DNA of 56,838 nucleotides, the filler included, from Sphacelaria rigidula (Eukaryota): NCBI GenBank assembly GCA_964200075.2. It is 7 parts of 7 records of this genome, joined end to end, with 100 filler letters (N's around TTAATTAATTAA, not from the genome) between each part and the next. Parts side by side here need not be neighbours in the genome. Positions count along the whole stretch, not along the records: positions 48,805 to 56,838 come from CAXNAA020012561.1; 6 more parts are not named here. One strand, given 5' to 3'. The translations under genes were made by a program, and so were the position numbers. The notes beneath the pieces were generated by a model, which did not search any database, was not told the DNA's origin, and worked only from the letters and a program-made list of their open reading frames with translations. Positions 52,006 to 56,838 of the stretch are shown piece by piece (position 1 is the stretch's first letter; each line of letters starts with the position of its first letter).

Positions 52006-52319
52006 ACCTTCTGACGGTTGGGTCGTGGGTTCAATCTCGGAGCGATCTGGGATTTTTCCTCACACAATGCCCAACAGTAGTGGAGAGCGGCCATGTCGAG
52101 GGTACACAAAAATCGACTCAATTGAAGATGAGGGAAAGGGACTGCTGAACCCCTCTCGGCATAAAACGAAAGGCAAGCACCGCAGGAGAGGGGTGGAAAA
52201 CTAGAAACAAATCAGAAACGAAACAACTCCTGTGTTGGCCTTCCTCCTGTGTGACCCCGGCTGGTGCGCCCACATATACCGAGAGGTGTAGACCGGCGTC
52301 TAAAATAGATGGGACAACA

Positions 52320-52391
<72 letters not shown>
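52006..52391 (+). mobile_element. 5'-truncated SINE copy with (CA)n tail
   Basis: Lacks the A box. The body matches the other copies and ends in a ~70-nt CA run. Confidence 0.88.
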
Positions 52392-52395
<4 letters not shown>

Positions 52396-55300
52396 CCGAG
52401 GTCATTACAAGGAATTCCCAGGAACCCTAGGCTTTTGCTTATATGCGCATTTTCCTCATTTTTTATGCTTTTTGGTTCATTTTTTCTTGGTGAGAATTAT
52501 GCGCCGATTAATGCATATTTTGGTGAAATATGCGCAACGTATGCGCCTTTTTGGCGTCCTTCTTGAGGCGGTTCCTGCCGGTGCCCCCCATGGAACGTAC
52601 CTTACAGCGTGAAGAAGAAAAATTGGGATAAAAAGCTAAAGCCTAGTCTGGTGTGGAAAATGAAACGTTTATTTTTTCAATCAGCTTCACATGAAAACAT
52701 GAAGTAGTTCACATGTAGCACAAAAACCGATATCAGACCCGCAACGAGGTTCGAAGAAAAAAACTACGAGCACAAACGCCAGGCCCGCACCGCGTTGACT
52801 CGTGCCGAACATTTTTTCTTTGCTACGCACCTCGCTCTTTCAACGACTGAAGTCAGACATTTCTCAATCCCCTGCCTCTACGCCCCCAAATGCACCTGCA
52901 AGGGTTCGAAGCCGCTTCCTTCTGCCGGAAGGCTCTTGCTTGTCCCATTATTTTCAGTACCGTTGCGCATTTGCACTACAGTGTTCAAGCGTGGCCCCTA
53001 CACCCAAACTCAACAAGGCCTCCTGAGTTGTACTGACATATTAATTCTTGTTTGGAGAAACACTGAAGCAGATACCTCGCTGTAGGGATTGCCTGCTGTA
53101 TAAACAAAGACGACGCAGAACCGTTCGAAATATAGTCAAACGTCTGTCTCGAGCAGTAATTCAAGGTAACTTCCGAGTACCGTTTCATATTTGTCAGTGT
53201 AAATGGCGCAAAGGCTGGATCATGGTCCACCTTCTGATTGACGCAGTGGGAGGCCAAACGAAACACGATCTTGCAATATAGATTCCTATTACACTCTAAA
53301 CCTGATGCATGCTTCGCCCACCAAAAAGTCCAACAGTTTTCTAGACAAGATTCAAAGTCAATTCGACCCCCCGAAGTTTCCACTCGTCCGAACACTACAT
53401 TTGTGTCATGTCTCCCCCTCCGCGTGCTGCTCCTTCATGAGGGAAAAAAATGCCCATTTTTGGTTGCTGGCCGCTTGATCGACCCCCCTCTGCTAATGCG
53501 ATAATCTTGTAAACTTGAAGCCAATTTCTCGGCAGTTGTGGTTATCTCTCTAGGATATTCGCATGTTTCCAACGTTCGTTTTTCTCACGGTTGCAGAATG
53601 TGACACTGTGACACTTTTTTTTGTCGCACTTTGAACCCCTCCTCTTCTCCGGGACGTGTCCGTGGTCTCAAGGGATCAACCCATCTCTCCCCGGTACAGT
53701 GTGACAGTGTAATGGGCCCTACCAACTACCAGCCAGAGGCCACAGCCGCCCACCCACCCTTGGAGGCTATCGAGAATGAGGGAAAACTAGGAGAGGAACC
53801 TTGGTCTTTCTGTTTCTCTCCAAGGACACGCAGTTGAACAACTCGGTCAACACCCAGGGGTTGCCTTTGCGTGAGCACCTCGGAACCGAGACGTTTTGGC
53901 GTCTCCCCTGTAGTCGGCAGGGGGTATGGGATCTCAAGGCACTCTGTGTCGAAGTCGAAATTACCAAGGAGTCAGATAACCACTGGATCATGAGGTTTTC
54001 ATTACGTCACCTCAATGCTCAGAATGTATTGTTTGACCTTAGTCTGAGATTATTTGACTTTTTTTCAATGTGGTACCGAGCATACTTCACTACAGTATAG
54101 TATAAAAAATGGCTCGAGCGTATTGGATAACTTCTTGTTTCTAGTGTATCGAATAAGTGCTTGGTTTCGGTATAATCAAAACAAATCGGTTCCAGCATGT
54201 TGAAAAAAATGATCGATTTCAGTAGTAAAATACTACTTGGTTCCACTGTGATTGGTGACCAGTCGCATCGGCCCCTGCTGCGGTTGGCTTACCACACCAC
54301 ACGCCGTGTAATGTTCTGGCACTATACCCCACCCACTATCACCATTATCCACGGCATTGAGGGGGTAGTCATCACTGAAAAAAAAGGTACCTCCCTCCCC
54401 CCGACCCAGCTTCGCCCATGACAACTTTATTTCTGCATGTAGGGGGTTGTGGCTCCACACTGGCCGTCGGTGGGGCTCGATGGGAAGTGCCATGGGTGGA
54501 AGAACTTTGGAGTGCGTATCCATATATTTTCCTGGGGTATGTTATCCTACCCACTACGACGAGCACGTCTCTCAAGTTTTTTCAACTTTCCGGCATGTCT
54601 GATTTGTTTGTACCTTGTCTGTACCACACCCCGATCAACTCGAGAGACTGTCTGCTGTCCTGTTTTCTCGACGTTTCTGTCGCTTTCCTGAATCGCCTTG
54701 TTCTGTTTCTGAGTCTCAGAAAAATCCGCTTTAATGTGCGCTTCAATCTCAATCAAGGAATAACAGTGACGGTACTAAAGAGGCGAGGCGACGTCTGTGA
54801 CCACGGGACTAAAATATCGGGTTGGTGTGCGGAAATAATAATACTTGTGATGATGGTGATGATGACAATCCCAGAAATAGAAGCCACACCTGTGGTCATG
54901 GTTGGGCCCCATGTTAACATCAGTCCCTCTGAATTTCTGGTTCGCATATTTTCGTTCATCCTCGACAGTGTACCATTTCCCTTCCGTTGTTGTTTCGATG
55001 ATGTTATTGGTTCGCCCTGTCGTTTGCTGTTGAATGATGCAGAGGAGATCAAGCGTGGGCGTGCTTGGAGTGCTGGGTGGAGCACTATGTCACCTCGTAC
55101 TCGGCACCACGTACTGCTGGGGCAACTTTGGCCCCTACATGCCTGCCAAGTGAGTAAAACCCTCATCTCGTCCTTTTTCCATCTCTAGATGGAAGTGTAG
55201 CCCCGCATATATCATCTTGGCGAAAATGATAGGTGGGGAGACTCTACTTCACACCCCTCTGTACTGATTCAGATGTTGAGGAATTTTCGATGCGAAGAAG

Positions 55301-56838
55301 GAGTCCTTGACAGCGAGTCATGATTTATCACTCATTTCCTTTTGTAGATTGATTCGCTCCCAGGCTCTGCAGCCTGACGCTGGCACATCTCGTTCGTTGC
55401 AGTGCGTTCATCTGTGCGCGAAATGTGAAGGGCTGTGTCCTGTAGGGTATACAGTACCGAAAAGTGGGGGATGTTCGCTTCGCCTACTGAACCGTACCGA
55501 AATGTGTACCAATCATTCCAGTATGGTTCGTCAGTATGTCGACCCTTGTTCCGAACAGTCCAGCATGGACGAGAAGGATATTTGCCGACAAATACCTCTC
55601 TAACACTTTTGTGAATCTCAGCCGAATACCCCCACAACATGATTTTTTTTCACATTTTTTGCTGTCAATCGTTGGAGGTGCTGAGAGTGTATGTGTTAAA
55701 CTGGAGCATCCTGACGGGCTGTTTTTGTGCATCTCCAGTCGTGTATTGTGCTCCCCTCGTGCCCGACAGCCGGGTTGCTGTATTCGATTTGAATTCGTTG
55801 CAAATCATCTGCGTGTACACGATGTGCTTCATGATCTAGATCAATCTAGTTACATGATGATACCATCTACGGCACTGCTGCCTGGCTCAACTTGTTGAGC
55901 ATCATATTTGCCGATAATTCAGTCACAGCGCGTACAAGTTTTATTGACAATCGGCATTGGTTCGTTCTGTGCTCGTATCCCCCCCCCCCTCCAAGGAATT
56001 ATTGCCCCGGTCCCGGGAAAAAAACATGTTGTCTCTCGAACCCCGTGGATAGGGCAGATAGGATCGGTTGAGCAGTATGTACTACTGATTCCGACCCCTT
56101 CTTGCCTCCATGTCAAGAGTCACACCGCATTTTCCCCTCCAGTTGGACCGAGGGCCCAGACACCTTGGCAGATTAACTTCGGGTGAGAGGGTCCCAGGTC
56201 TTGCGGCGTGCGAGTTTTTCCCACGCCTGGCCGTTTTTGTAGTGGCTCCGCCCAACCGTTGTCCTTAAGGCTGCTCATCACCTGGGACGATTATTGACCA
56301 AAGGAATGTGGCAAGGCTGAACCGCTTATCTCTCTTATTTAGGGAGGTGGTACGACTTTTGCCGCGTTTTTTCTGGTTGAGAAAGGTGCTTTCGCCGTCG
56401 CCCGGGACCAGGGTGTCCACCCTGTCTCATCGAGAGCAAACGAGTCATAACGACGGTACATCAAAGACGCGGGGTCATTTGCGATGCTGCTGTGTGTGTA
56501 CCTGGTGCACTTGCCTTTCCCATGTCTTCCCACCCCCCCTCCCCCTACAGCCTGGTCCGGTGAGAACCCGGTTTGCTCCGTCCCGGTTTTGTAGGGGCGG
56601 GCCCCCGATGGGGTTGGCTTCGGTTGGCGATGACGCTATATAACACGCCACTCACTGCGTGAGCTAGGCAACCAGGTTACCGATTTGGTTTTGCGCACTA
56701 GCGTTTTTTCCTTTGCAGTAACCATGATGGTAGTCGAGCAAGATCATGTTGTGCGGCGTGGGAGAACCTCAACTCCGCACAATGAGGATGATTGTACTAT
56801 GTAGTGTTCACATGGTGAGATACCCATGAGGCAGTGTA

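Noticed and set aside
51594-52566. ORFs with CVCVCV / HTHTHT runs
   Set aside because: They are translations of (CA)n microsatellites.
54418-55188. 256-aa hydrophobic ORF
   Set aside because: It looks like the antisense reading of purine-rich decayed sequence, and no domain was recognised on either strand.

Overview
Eukaryotic, repeat-rich genomic DNA, most consistent with a brown alga (inferred from intron-rich flagellar/WD40 genes and the transposon types). The window is not one locus. It is seven contigs of exactly 8034 nt joined by six 100-nt N/TTAATTAATTAA spacers (7x8034+6x100=56838), so adjacency across gaps means nothing. Host content is four spliced exons of an EML (HELP+WD40) gene, three exons of a CFAP52/WDR16-like WD40 gene, and a probable signal-peptide first exon. 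The rest is mostly mobile DNA: a decayed Ty3/gypsy element inserted into a copia element, two LINE families, a tRNA-derived SINE with (CA)n tails, and many TIR elements. The two most notable observations are (i) a 4.5-kb TIR element (16834-21364) with a decayed, core-deleted Sola2-like transposase and four ~300-bp subterminal repeats, whose termini recur on MITEs in three other contigs, and (ii) seven MITE/foldback insertions from several families that share RAC...GTY termini and variable 4-bp target-site duplications. No CRISPR array, rRNA or intact tRNA was seen.
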